64,000 nucleotides of DNA, from contig JAQBRD010000026.1 of the NCBI GenBank assembly GCA_028286665.1, positions 7,967 through 71,966 on the forward strand, given 5' to 3'. Origin of the DNA: Candidatus Tayloriibacteriota bacterium (GTDB lineage Bacteria; Patescibacteriota; Minisyncoccia; Phycocordibacterales; PALSA-1337). The notes beneath the pieces were generated by a model. That model saw only the letters and a list, made by a program, of their open reading frames with translations, was not told the DNA's origin and ran no database searches. Every line of letters begins with the position of its first letter. Position 1 is the stretch's first letter. Positions 45,286 through 54,643 of the stretch are shown piece by piece. The position numbers and the translations under genes are program-made.

Positions 45286-45403
45286 GCGTAGCAATAATTT
45301 CATTTGGAATGCCGAGAACAGAAATTTCCCGGGTAGGAAATTTCTTCGTACTCAGCTCGTCAGCTTCGTAAGCTCGGCATTCCAAATGAAATTATTGCTA
45401 CGC
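45286..45403. repeat. 118-bp palindromic element with 31-bp perfect arms (gcgtagcaataatttcatttggaatgccgag / its reverse complement), a 56-nt spacer and an internal 9-bp hairpin (gaaatttcc cgggta ggaaatttc).
   Basis: Arms at 45286..45316 and 45373..45403 are exact reverse complements. Starts immediately after the mltG stop and precedes mnmA. Confidence 0.5.
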
Positions 45404-45432
45404 CGCTTTATTTAGACTATAGTAGATTAATC

Positions 45433-46563
45433 ATGGCAAATCAGGCCGGGCAAAAAGAGAAAAAGCAGAAAGTCTTCGTCGGCATGTCCGGCGGGGTGGA
45501 CAGCTCCGTATCCGCGGCGCTGCTTGCCGAGGCTGGATATGACGTCACCGGCGTCTTCATCAAGGTCTGGCAGCCTGATTGGATCACCTGCACCTGGCGC
45601 GAGGATCGTCTCGATGCGATGCGCGTCGCTGCGAAGCTCGGCATCGATTTTCATACGCTCGATCTCGAAGAGACATATCGGCGCGAAGTCGTCGACTACA
45701 TGATCGACGAATACAAAGCAGGCCGCACGCCGAATCCCGACGTCATGTGCAACCGCCATGTGAAGTTCGGCGGATTCTTCGATTGGGCAATGGAGCAGGG
45801 CGCTGACTATGTCGCAACCGGGCATTATGCGCGGGTTCAAAAAGATGAAGCTGAAATCGCGTCCGCCGCCCCTCGCTTCAAACTCCTTGCCGGAGACGAT
45901 GCGAACAAAGACCAATCATATTTTCTCTGGACGCTCACCCAGCGGGAACTTTCGCATACGCTTTTCCCCGTCGGGAATATCGAGAAGCCGGAAGTGCGCA
46001 AGCTCGCGAAGAAATTCGGCCTGCCGAACGCCGAGAAGAAGGACAGCCAGGGCCTCTGCTTCATCGGCAAGATCGACGTGAAGGATTTCCTTTCGCGATA
46101 CATCGAGAAGAAGCCGGGCAACGTGATTGATGAGCAGGGGAATATCATCGGCACGCATGAGGGCGCTTGGATGTATACGAAAGGCGAGCGCCACGGCTTC
46201 ATCATAGATCCGCAGCATAAGACTCCTGACGACGCTCCGTATTATGTCGTCGCGAAAGGGATCGATACGAATACGATCACTGTCTCGAATAAGAAGATGG
46301 TCGAGGGAATCTTGCCGGCGCATATGCAAGCGGCAGTATCTATTGAGCGCGCAAGCTGGACTCTCGGCGAGGCGCCTGCGATCGGGAAGAAACTCACTGC
46401 GCGGCCGCGATATCGCGCGAAGCTTGTCGAGATGGAGTTCGAATCAATTTCGGCAGATACCGCAGTGATCCGCTTCGAACAGCCGCAGGAGAATCTTTCA
46501 TCCGGACAATCGCTCGTGATCTATGATGGGAATATCTGCCTCGGCGGCGGATTCATACAGTGA
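45433..46563 (+). CDS. mnmA: tRNA-specific 2-thiouridylase.
   Basis: PP-loop KVFVGMSGGVDSSVSAALL, catalytic Cys region (MCNRHVKFGGF, GLCFIGKID) and C-terminal beta-barrel. Confidence 0.9.
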   Translation: MANQAGQKEKKQKVFVGMSGGVDSSVSAALLAEAGYDVTGVFIKVWQPDWITCTWREDRLDAMRVAAKLGIDFHTLDLEETYRREVVDYMIDEYKAGRTPNPDVMCNRHVKFGGFFDWAMEQGADYVATGHYARVQKDEAEIASAAPRFKLLAGDDANKDQSYFLWTLTQRELSHTLFPVGNIEKPEVRKLAKKFGLPNAEKKDSQGLCFIGKIDVKDFLSRYIEKKPGNVIDEQGNIIGTHEGAWMYTKGERHGFIIDPQHKTPDDAPYYVVAKGIDTNTITVSNKKMVEGILPAHMQAAVSIERASWTLGEAPAIGKKLTARPRYRAKLVEMEFESISADTAVIRFEQPQENLSSGQSLVIYDGNICLGGGFIQ

Positions 46564-46589
46564 TATACTAAGCGCATCATATTTTCGCC

Positions 46590-47504
46590 ATGAATCATCT
46601 CCTCTATGTCACCAAAGCCGACGGAAGCAGGGAGCTCTTCGAAGAAGAGAAGCTTGCGGAGTCCCTCAAGCGCGTCGGCGGCAGCGATGCCCTGATCGAC
46701 GAGATCGTCGAGAAGATCGAGGCTGAAATGAACAGCAGCATGACGACCGGCGAGATCTATCAGCATGCGTTCGAGCTTCTTCGCAAGCATGAAGCGCCAG
46801 TCGCGGTGAAATATTCGCTTCGCCGCGCGCTTTCCGAACTCGGTCCCGAAGGATTCCCGTTCGAGAAATACATCGCGGAGCTTTTCCGCGCGCAGGGCTA
46901 TCAGGCGCTCACTGATCAGATGGTCATGGGCGCATGCGTGCCGCATGAAGTAGACGTCGTCGCCTGGAACGAGCAGAAGCTCGTCATGGTCGAAGCGAAA
47001 TTCCATAACGAATTCGGCCTCAAGTCCGATGTGAAAGTAGCTCTTTACGTGAAGGCGCGTTTCGATGATATCAAAGGCAACATGTTCGACTATGGCGGCA
47101 TCCATCGGACGATGACTGAGGGATGGCTCGTGACGAATACGAAATTCACCGATCAGGCTATCAAGTACGGCGAGTGCAAAGGCCTGAAGATGATCGGATG
47201 GAATTACCCGCATCATGGCAGCCTCCAGCACATCATCGAGAGCTCGGGCCTCCATCCGCTCACCTGCCTCGTTTCCGTCAGCAACGTGCACAAGAAGCTG
47301 CTCATCGCCAAAGGCGTCGTCCTCTGCCGTGATCTGAAGCAGCGTCCGGAATTATTGAAGCAGGTCGGCCTCGACAATCTCCGGATCGCCCAGATCATCG
47401 AGGAGATCGATTCTGTCTGCGGGGTCAGCTTGGCTCCGCAGCAGTCGCCATCCGAATCCAGTTCGCAAGCCCCGTTTCCTGCAAGCACTCTGATATCAGC
47501 ATAA
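46590..47504 (+). CDS. ATP-cone domain fused to an Mrr-cat-type restriction-endonuclease-fold (PD-(D/E)xK) domain.
   Basis: ATP-cone VTKADGSRELFEEEKLAESLKRVG...IYQHAFELLRKHEAPVAVKY. Mrr_cat-like FEKYIAELFRAQGYQALTDQMVMGACVPHEVDVVAWNEQKLVMVEAKFH...GWLVTNTKFTDQAIKY with the D...E-x-K arrangement. Confidence 0.55.
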   Translation: MNHLLYVTKADGSRELFEEEKLAESLKRVGGSDALIDEIVEKIEAEMNSSMTTGEIYQHAFELLRKHEAPVAVKYSLRRALSELGPEGFPFEKYIAELFRAQGYQALTDQMVMGACVPHEVDVVAWNEQKLVMVEAKFHNEFGLKSDVKVALYVKARFDDIKGNMFDYGGIHRTMTEGWLVTNTKFTDQAIKYGECKGLKMIGWNYPHHGSLQHIIESSGLHPLTCLVSVSNVHKKLLIAKGVVLCRDLKQRPELLKQVGLDNLRIAQIIEEIDSVCGVSLAPQQSPSESSSQAPFPASTLISA

Positions 47505-47523
47505 TTATTTACATACAAAACCC

Positions 47524-48771
47524 ATGCCAAAGAAAACAGCAAAGAAATCCGCCAAGCCATACATTCCATCCCAGAAAATTCTCGAGCGATATGCAGACGT
47601 GCTCGTCAATTTCGCCCTCGGCGGAGGAAAGGGAATCAAGAAGGGCGAAGTCGTGCGCATCACCGCAGAGGAATACGCCAAGCCGTTTTATCTCGAGCTC
47701 CGCAAGGCAGTCTGGAAAGCCGGCGGCCATGTCCTCGGCAATTATCTCCCGAGCAACGACGAGCAGTACAATGTCGACCGCGACTTTTTCATCCATACGC
47801 AGGAGCATCAGCTTTCATTTTTTCCAGACAAGCATCTGAAAGGACTGATCGAGCAGCTCGACCATACGATCTTCATCGACAGCGAGACCAACAAGCAGTC
47901 GCTCGCAGGCATCGATCCGAAGAAGCTTATGCAGCAGGGCCGGGTGATGAAGCCATGGATGGAATGGAGGAACGAAAAGGAGAACGCAGGCAAGTTCACC
48001 TGGACGATGGCGCTGTATGCGACGGAAGCCATGGCAAAAGAAGCTGGGCTTTCGCATCAGGAATACTGGAAGCAGATCATCGACGCATGTTTCCTCAACG
48101 AGAAGAATCCGATCGCGAAATGGAAGCAGCTCTACAAGAAGCTCGAATCATACCGGGCGAAATTGAATGCGCTTCCGGTCGACAAATTTCATATACAAGG
48201 ACCTGACGCGGATCTGTGGATCAAGTATGGCGAAAAGCGCGCATGGATGGGCGGCAGCGGACGGAATATCCCGAGCTTCGAGCTCTTCACCTCGCCTGAT
48301 TGGCGCGGCACCGAAGGCTGGATCCGCCTCAATCAGCCGCTCTACCGGTACGGCAATCTCATCGAAGGCATCGAGCTCCATTTCAAGGACGGCAAGGTCG
48401 TGAAGTCGAGCGCCAAGAAGAATGAGAAAGTCCTGAAGGAAATGATCGCGCAGCCGAATGCCGACAAGATCGGCGAATTCTCGATGACCGACAAGCGATT
48501 TTCCCGCATCACGAAGTTCATGGCTGAAACTCTTTATGATGAGAATGTCGGCGGTCCGAACGGCAACACGCATATCGCCCTCGGCAATGCGTATCATGAT
48601 TGCTATGCAAGCGATCCGTCGAAGGTCACGAAGGAAGAATGGGAGCGTCTCGGCTACAACAATTCATCAGTCCACACCGACGTCATCTCGACGACGCCGC
48701 GAATCGTCACTGCGCATATGACCGACGGCACGACCAAGGTCATCTACAAGAACGGCATGTATGTCCTCTAA
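47524..48771 (+). CDS. M29-family (AmpS / aminopeptidase T-like) aminopeptidase.
   Basis: N-terminal ILERYADVLVNFALGGGKGIKKGEVVRI matches the AmpS N-terminus. Size (415 aa) and the conserved acidic/His residues of M29 are present. Confidence 0.6.
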   Translation: MPKKTAKKSAKPYIPSQKILERYADVLVNFALGGGKGIKKGEVVRITAEEYAKPFYLELRKAVWKAGGHVLGNYLPSNDEQYNVDRDFFIHTQEHQLSFFPDKHLKGLIEQLDHTIFIDSETNKQSLAGIDPKKLMQQGRVMKPWMEWRNEKENAGKFTWTMALYATEAMAKEAGLSHQEYWKQIIDACFLNEKNPIAKWKQLYKKLESYRAKLNALPVDKFHIQGPDADLWIKYGEKRAWMGGSGRNIPSFELFTSPDWRGTEGWIRLNQPLYRYGNLIEGIELHFKDGKVVKSSAKKNEKVLKEMIAQPNADKIGEFSMTDKRFSRITKFMAETLYDENVGGPNGNTHIALGNAYHDCYASDPSKVTKEEWERLGYNNSSVHTDVISTTPRIVTAHMTDGTTKVIYKNGMYVL

Positions 48772-49951
48772 CAGCGGCGATACAATCATCCGGCTTTCAT
48801 TCGCAAATACGACGAATCGCGATCAGTTCTATCCGGTCCGAGTCGAGATCGGCGATGACTTCTTCCTTCTTGAAAAGATCGGATCGGACGGATCAGGCGC
48901 ACGATCGATTCAGAAATATATCTTTCTCGATAACCGAGAATTCGAATTCTTCAAGGAGCACAGCGCAGGATCAGGCATCGAAGCCGTCGCGCTCGAGCCG
49001 CTCATCACGGAGGCGAAAGCCACGCCTGAAGCTCCGAGCATTGGTCTTGGCATGCGCCTCGCGATAGTTATCCTACAGAAATATGGCGCAGGGCAGCCGG
49101 GCGCAAGCATCGAAGTGCCGAATTATTTTCCGCTCGATATGGCAGACTATCTCCGATCGAAGGGCATCGTGCTCAATGTGACGAAGCCGTTTCGGCCAGA
49201 GCGCCAATTGAAGAATGATGCGGAGATCGCAGCCATCGAGGCAAGCATCAAGAAGACGCAGCATGCGTATCGGAAGATCGAAGACATTCTCCGCGCGTCG
49301 AAGATTGAAGCGAAAGACGGCGCGAACGTCCTCGTCTATCAAGGAAAGATCCTCACTTCGGAATTCCTGAAGAAGGAGGTCGACAAAGTTCTCGTCGAAC
49401 ATGGGATGTCCAATGTGGCCGGCATAATCATTTCTTGCGGAAAGGATGCATCCATCGCGCATCATCCGGGAGCTGGCGCAATCCGTGCAGGCGAAACGAT
49501 CATCTGCGATCTCTTTCCTGTTTCGACCGAGACCGGATATTTCGCTGACATGACCCGCACCTATGTGAAGGGAAAGCCGAGCGAGAAAGCGCAGCAGATG
49601 TACGATGCGGTGCTTGAAGCGCAGGAAGCCGCGCTCGAATTCGCCAAGCCCGGCGCGAAGATCGCAGACATGCACGAGCTCTGCTGCGAGATGTTCCGCG
49701 TGCGAGGTTTCCATGTCGGCGACCGAGGCTTCACGCACAGCACCGGCCACGGTCTGGGCCTCGATCTGCATGAATCGCCGAACGTGAGTTCATCTTCGAC
49801 TGCGGCCTTCGAGGTCGGCCACGTCGTTACTGTCGAGCCAGGTCTCTACTATCCCGAGCATGGCGGCGTCCGCATCGAAGACGTCATCGCCATCACAAAA
49901 GACGGCAGCAGGAATCTCACCGAGTATCCGAAGGTTTTCATCATCGAATAG
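48761..49951 (+). CDS. M24-family Xaa-Pro aminopeptidase/dipeptidase (creatinase-like N-domain + pita-bread fold).
   Basis: M24 signature HSTGHGLGLDLHESP, metal ligands (D...D...H...E...E) and C-terminal VRIEDVIAITKDG. Overlaps the previous gene by 11 nt. Confidence 0.8.
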   Translation: MSSNSGDTIIRLSFANTTNRDQFYPVRVEIGDDFFLLEKIGSDGSGARSIQKYIFLDNREFEFFKEHSAGSGIEAVALEPLITEAKATPEAPSIGLGMRLAIVILQKYGAGQPGASIEVPNYFPLDMADYLRSKGIVLNVTKPFRPERQLKNDAEIAAIEASIKKTQHAYRKIEDILRASKIEAKDGANVLVYQGKILTSEFLKKEVDKVLVEHGMSNVAGIIISCGKDASIAHHPGAGAIRAGETIICDLFPVSTETGYFADMTRTYVKGKPSEKAQQMYDAVLEAQEAALEFAKPGAKIADMHELCCEMFRVRGFHVGDRGFTHSTGHGLGLDLHESPNVSSSSTAAFEVGHVVTVEPGLYYPEHGGVRIEDVIAITKDGSRNLTEYPKVFIIE

Positions 49952-49999
49952 CGCAGCTGAAACTCGAAAAAAAAGCGCTGGTATGCTACTCTTTCAGTC

Positions 50000-51919
50000 A
50001 TGACACTCCAAGAACTACGCAGCAAATTCCTCGCATATTATGAGAAGAACGGGCATGCGATCATCCCGTCGTCCTCGCTCGTTCCTGAGAATGATCCGAC
50101 AACGCTCTTCACCGGTTCCGGCATGCAGCCGCTCGTTCCATATCTGCTCGGTCAGAAACATCCGCAGGGAACCCGTCTCGTGAATTCGCAGAAGTCCTTC
50201 CGCTCGGGAGACATCGACGATATCGGCGACAATCGGCACACGACATTTTTCGAGATGCTCGGCAACTGGTCGCTCGGCGATTATTTCAAGAAAGAGCAGC
50301 TTCCGCAGGTCTTCCGATTCCTCACTGAGGAAGTCGGCCTCGATCCGAAGCGCCTCTATGTGAGCGCGTTCATCGGCGACGAAGCTAATGGCGTTCCGAA
50401 AGACGCCGAAGCCGAGGCGATCTGGAAAGAGCTTTTCGCTTCGAAGGGAATCGATGCGAAGACTGTCGACATCGGCAGCGAAGCGCGAGGCGCCGAGATC
50501 GGCATGCAGGGCGGACGCATCTTCTTCTATGACGTGAAGAAGAATTGGTGGTCGCGATCCGGCATTCCGGCGAACATGCCTGCCGGCGAACCGGGAGGCC
50601 CTGACTCGGAGCTTTTCTATGAGTTTGATTTCATCGAGCACAATCCGAAATTCGGCGCGCATTGCCATCCGAACTGCGATTGCGGACGCTACATCGAATT
50701 CGGCAACTCTGTTTTCATGCAGTACAAGAAGAACGAAGCCGGCGGATTCGAATTGCTTCCGCAGTTAAATGTCGACTTCGGCGGCGGACTCGAGCGATTC
50801 GCCATGGCTGCGAACAACACTGCAGACATCTTCGGCCTCGACGTTTTCGCCGATCTCATCTCGACCCTCGAAACGAAGAGCGGCAAGAAATACAAGGACG
50901 CAGATGGAAAGGAAAATGAATATACCGCTGCATTCCGCGTAGTCGTTGACCACATCCGCGCATCCGTCTTCCTCATCGGCGACGGCGTCATTCCTTCGAA
51001 CAATGAGCGCGGCTATTTCGTCCGACGCTTGCTCCGCCGCGCCATCCGCTATTGGGACAAGCTCGGCATCAACGAGGGCGGCATCGCATCGACGGTCGAC
51101 GCGCTTCTCGAGAGCTACAAGGATGCATATCCTGAAACATACGCTCGCCGAACTGAAATCAAAGCTGAGATCGAAACCGAAGAGCAGAAATTCCGCACGA
51201 CACTCCGACATGGCTTGAAGGAGATCGAGAAGATCTTCGTTGATCTGCAATCGCAGAAGAAAGACGTGATTTCAGGCATCGATGCAGCGACGCTCTACCA
51301 GTCATACGGCTTTCCTGTTGAACTGACGCAGGAACTCGCGAAAGAAAAGGGAGTCAAGATTGATATGGACGGCTTCCATGCTGAAATGAAAAAGCATCAG
51401 GATCTTTCTCGCGCCGGTTCCGAAAAGAAATTCAAAGGCGGCCTTGCAGACACGAGCGACATGTCCCTCCGCTACCATACTGCCACGCACCTCCTCAATG
51501 CAGCGCTCCGCCAAGTCCTCGGCGATCATGTCGGGCAGAAGGGCAGCAACATCACGCCTGAACGACTTCGTTTCGATTTCTCGCATCCTGCGAAGATGAC
51601 CGACGAAGAAAAGAAGAAGGTCGAAGCCCTCGTTAACGGCGCGATCGAAGCGGCGTTTCCCGTTTCATTCAGAGAAATGCCGAAGGAAGAAGCAGAGAAG
51701 CTCGGCGCCATCCATGCATTCGGAGAGAAGTACGGCGACGTCGTGAAGGTCTACACCGTCGGCGACGAAGCGAAGCCGTTCAGCCGAGAATTCTGCGGAG
51801 GTCCGCATGTCTCGAATACGAAAGAACTCGCTGGTCCGGAAGGCAAGGCGCGATTCGTCATTCAGAAAGAAGAAGCGTCATCTCAAGGCATCCGACGCAT
51901 CAAAGCTGTGCTTGCATAA
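50000..51919 (+). CDS. alaS: Alanine--tRNA ligase, short form lacking the C-terminal C-Ala domain.
   Basis: N-terminal FLAYYEKNGHAIIPSSSLVPENDPTTLFTGSGMQPLVPYLLG, editing-domain HTATHLLNAALRQVLGDHVGQKGS and CGGPHV. The ORF ends at 639 aa, whereas bacterial AlaRS is usually ~870 aa. Confidence 0.85.
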   Translation: MTLQELRSKFLAYYEKNGHAIIPSSSLVPENDPTTLFTGSGMQPLVPYLLGQKHPQGTRLVNSQKSFRSGDIDDIGDNRHTTFFEMLGNWSLGDYFKKEQLPQVFRFLTEEVGLDPKRLYVSAFIGDEANGVPKDAEAEAIWKELFASKGIDAKTVDIGSEARGAEIGMQGGRIFFYDVKKNWWSRSGIPANMPAGEPGGPDSELFYEFDFIEHNPKFGAHCHPNCDCGRYIEFGNSVFMQYKKNEAGGFELLPQLNVDFGGGLERFAMAANNTADIFGLDVFADLISTLETKSGKKYKDADGKENEYTAAFRVVVDHIRASVFLIGDGVIPSNNERGYFVRRLLRRAIRYWDKLGINEGGIASTVDALLESYKDAYPETYARRTEIKAEIETEEQKFRTTLRHGLKEIEKIFVDLQSQKKDVISGIDAATLYQSYGFPVELTQELAKEKGVKIDMDGFHAEMKKHQDLSRAGSEKKFKGGLADTSDMSLRYHTATHLLNAALRQVLGDHVGQKGSNITPERLRFDFSHPAKMTDEEKKKVEALVNGAIEAAFPVSFREMPKEEAEKLGAIHAFGEKYGDVVKVYTVGDEAKPFSREFCGGPHVSNTKELAGPEGKARFVIQKEEASSQGIRRIKAVLA

Positions 51920-51959
51920 TCGATGCGCGAGCTTGCGCCTGTGTGATATACTATTTCGC

Positions 51960-53153
51960 ATGATCTTCTCATCTCTATCGAAAAAAGAGAACAAAGCGCC
52001 CGGAGAATTATGGGCGCTCATCGACATCCAGAGCGGACTCGTCCGCGGATCTATCGTGCTCCTGTCGCCGAAGGGCATTCAGTCTCGAGTCATCTATACT
52101 ATCCAGCACGCGCTTCCGCATAAGTCCGAGATGAACAGTGGATATATCACGAAGACCATGCTTCACGGAGTAGCCGAAGTCGCTGCGCTCCTCGCTCGCG
52201 ATGGCATGCAGCGAGTCCGAGGCCTCGATCTCGGCCGTGATTTCCGTCCTGAGCTCTGCGGCATCCACTACATTCTCTCGTCTCCATGGGTCATGTCGCA
52301 GACAAAGCGGGTGAAAGTCTCATATGGGAAGCCTACTGCAATCAGCAGATCGAGCGTCGCCGCCATCATCGACAAGGCTCGCGAAGAGCTTGAAGCCGGC
52401 ATGAAGGACTTCGATGCGACGCTCATCGAGCAGAAGATATTCGAAGTGAAGCTCAACGGCTATTCGGTCACGGAATATGAAGGAAAGACCGCCAACGATC
52501 TCGATGTCTCATGCGCGCTTTCCATAAGCTCGAAGAAGATGCTGCAGCGGATTTCCAACGAAGTGCAGCGGTACCTCCATGCGAAACAAGAGCATCATCA
52601 CTCCGCGCTGCTCCTCGAGTATGCCGGCCTCCGCGCCATACTGCATCAGCACAATGAATACATGGTCATCCATGCGCATAGCGAGCTTACCGATGTCGTC
52701 GTCGTGAAGAACAACATGTGCGTGTTCATTTCTTCGTTCCCATTCGGCATAGCTACGATCATCAGGAAGATGGCGAAGACCTTGCGTCAGAGCATGCCTG
52801 CTGCGGATTCGCTGCTGACCCTTTTCGACGGAGGAAAGCTTTCCGATGAGGAGCGCGCTCGGATCTCTCCGATCATCAATGAGATCGGCAAAGGCTGGGT
52901 GCACGATCTCTTCGCGACGCTTGCTCATGCGGGCGAGACCATGGTCATTCCGAGGAATATCATCCTCTCGGCGCATAGTCATTTCAGTTTTTTCGCAATA
53001 GAGCTCAATTCGCCCCCGTCTGCGCCGGAGTATAAGCCGAACATCGCGGCTCTCGAGCTTCCGATGATCGCCGATTTCATAACGTATGATCCTGGCCAGG
53101 AAAGAAGTCTGAGAATCGGCATTTACACGACAGCGCTCGCATCACTCGAATAA
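51960..53153 (+). CDS. Hypothetical protein with a possible actin-like ATPase fold (PilM/FtsA-like N-terminus).
   Basis: Start set at MIFSSLSK (ATG 51960). N-terminal ALIDIQSGLVRGSIVLLSPKG resembles the phosphate-1 motif of actin-like ATPases. This is weak and remains unverified. Confidence 0.3.
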   Translation: MIFSSLSKKENKAPGELWALIDIQSGLVRGSIVLLSPKGIQSRVIYTIQHALPHKSEMNSGYITKTMLHGVAEVAALLARDGMQRVRGLDLGRDFRPELCGIHYILSSPWVMSQTKRVKVSYGKPTAISRSSVAAIIDKAREELEAGMKDFDATLIEQKIFEVKLNGYSVTEYEGKTANDLDVSCALSISSKKMLQRISNEVQRYLHAKQEHHHSALLLEYAGLRAILHQHNEYMVIHAHSELTDVVVVKNNMCVFISSFPFGIATIIRKMAKTLRQSMPAADSLLTLFDGGKLSDEERARISPIINEIGKGWVHDLFATLAHAGETMVIPRNIILSAHSHFSFFAIELNSPPSAPEYKPNIAALELPMIADFITYDPGQERSLRIGIYTTALASLE

Positions 53154-53161
53154 AAAAACAC

Positions 53162-54499
53162 ATGTCACCAAGAAAATCACTTCAAGATATCGTTCCGCCA
53201 ACACGCCGCCCGTCAGCAAAGGGCGCTTCTTCTCGCGCATCTGTGCCGAATGAGACGCCGATCCAGATCAGGAAGCACGAAAAGCCTCAGGAAAGTCCTC
53301 GTGAAAAGACGATTGAGCGCAAAGCTTCCGAACCGAAGCACAAGAAGTCATACCGACGTTCGTGGATGCTCGTCACGTTCATCTTTCTGGTCATTTCGCT
53401 CGGCGTGATCGGCGCAGCCATCACGCTCATCTTCTCGAAGGGAACTATCGTCATAAAGCCGAAGACCATATCCGTAGCAGTCAGCACTTCGCAGATCGCA
53501 AAGCTCAATGCAGTTCCGCCGCAGCTTGCGTACGAAGTCATCAGCGCTTCTGAAGAGGCAAGAACCGATGTTCCTGCGGTTCAGACGAGCGCAGTCGAAA
53601 AGAAGGCTGTCGGACTGATCACGCTGTATAATAATTTCAGCAATACGCCGCAGAAGATCGTTTCCGGCACCCGCGTTTCGAATGCGAAAGACCTCATATA
53701 CAGAACGACCTACGATGTCATCATCCCTGCTCAGAAAATCGTCGCAGGAAAGGCGGTTCCTGGCAGCGTGAACGTGCACATCGCAGCTGAAAAGCCAGGC
53801 CCTGACTACAATTCATCGCTCACCGATCTCACGGGCGATTTCAAGGTCGTCGCATTCCAGAACACTCCGAAATACACGAAGATATTCGCTCGCATGAAGA
53901 CTGACATCACTGGCGGTTACTCCGGCAAGCAGGTCGTTCCGGACAAGAACGCACAAGCCGCAGCGGAGAAGGCGCTTGCAGGAAAGCTCAATGCGAAACT
54001 CATCGCGAACGCCAAGAACCTCATTCCGAAAGGATATGTCGCGTACGACGGCGCATATGCTATCCGATACATTCCGCTGAGCCCGGCTGCGCAAGGCACG
54101 AGCAGCGCATCGGTCGGCGTCCGAGCTGTCTATACCGGCTATGTATTCAAAGCCGATGATCTCGTCCGTTCGTTTGCGAAAGATCAGCTTGCGCAATTTC
54201 CGCCGGAGGGCTATGCATTCGCCGGCCTCGATACGCTTGCGTTCAAGCAGGCAAGCACGAGCGCCGCTCAGGCATCATCGACCATCGCATTCAGCCTGAA
54301 GGGCAATATCAAGATCGTCGGCACCATACCCGTAGATAAGCTGAAGAAGGAGCTGGCAGGAAAACAGGTTCAGGATACCGGCTCGATCATCAAGAGGTAT
54401 GGAACGGTCGGCGGCGCATATGCTAAGATATTCCCTGTCTGGATGCGATCGCTGCCCGATGATCCTGACCGTATCAATGTCGAAATCCAATCCGAATAG
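53162..54499 (+). CDS. Single-pass membrane protein with a basic cytoplasmic N-terminus and a large extracytoplasmic domain, hypothetical.
   Basis: Basic N-terminal ~70 aa, TM WMLVTFIFLVISLGVIGAAITLIF, then ~350 aa extracellular. The 8-nt gap after the previous gene suggests an operon. Confidence 0.4.
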   Translation: MSPRKSLQDIVPPTRRPSAKGASSRASVPNETPIQIRKHEKPQESPREKTIERKASEPKHKKSYRRSWMLVTFIFLVISLGVIGAAITLIFSKGTIVIKPKTISVAVSTSQIAKLNAVPPQLAYEVISASEEARTDVPAVQTSAVEKKAVGLITLYNNFSNTPQKIVSGTRVSNAKDLIYRTTYDVIIPAQKIVAGKAVPGSVNVHIAAEKPGPDYNSSLTDLTGDFKVVAFQNTPKYTKIFARMKTDITGGYSGKQVVPDKNAQAAAEKALAGKLNAKLIANAKNLIPKGYVAYDGAYAIRYIPLSPAAQGTSSASVGVRAVYTGYVFKADDLVRSFAKDQLAQFPPEGYAFAGLDTLAFKQASTSAAQASSTIAFSLKGNIKIVGTIPVDKLKKELAGKQVQDTGSIIKRYGTVGGAYAKIFPVWMRSLPDDPDRINVEIQSE

Positions 54500-54552
54500 C
54501 GGAAATAGGGCTTTTTGAGGGCGATTCCTGTGAATCGCCCTGAATGGGCGTA

Positions 54553-54581
54553 TTGACTTTTTTTGCGCTTTCAGCTACTAT
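54553..54581 (+). promoter_or_regulatory. Promoter candidate TTGACT-17 nt-TACTAT for the infA-ribosomal operon. It is preceded by a 10-bp perfect hairpin (agggcgattc ctgt gaatcgccct, 54518..54541).
   Basis: TTGACT at 54553..54558 and TACTAT at 54576..54581. The infA start is a TTG codon at 54644. Confidence 0.45.
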
Positions 54582-54643
54582 AGTTCGACGTGTTGCATTT
54601 GATGTGCGCACGCGGTTTAAGTTGAAGTTTCTATTGAAATTCA

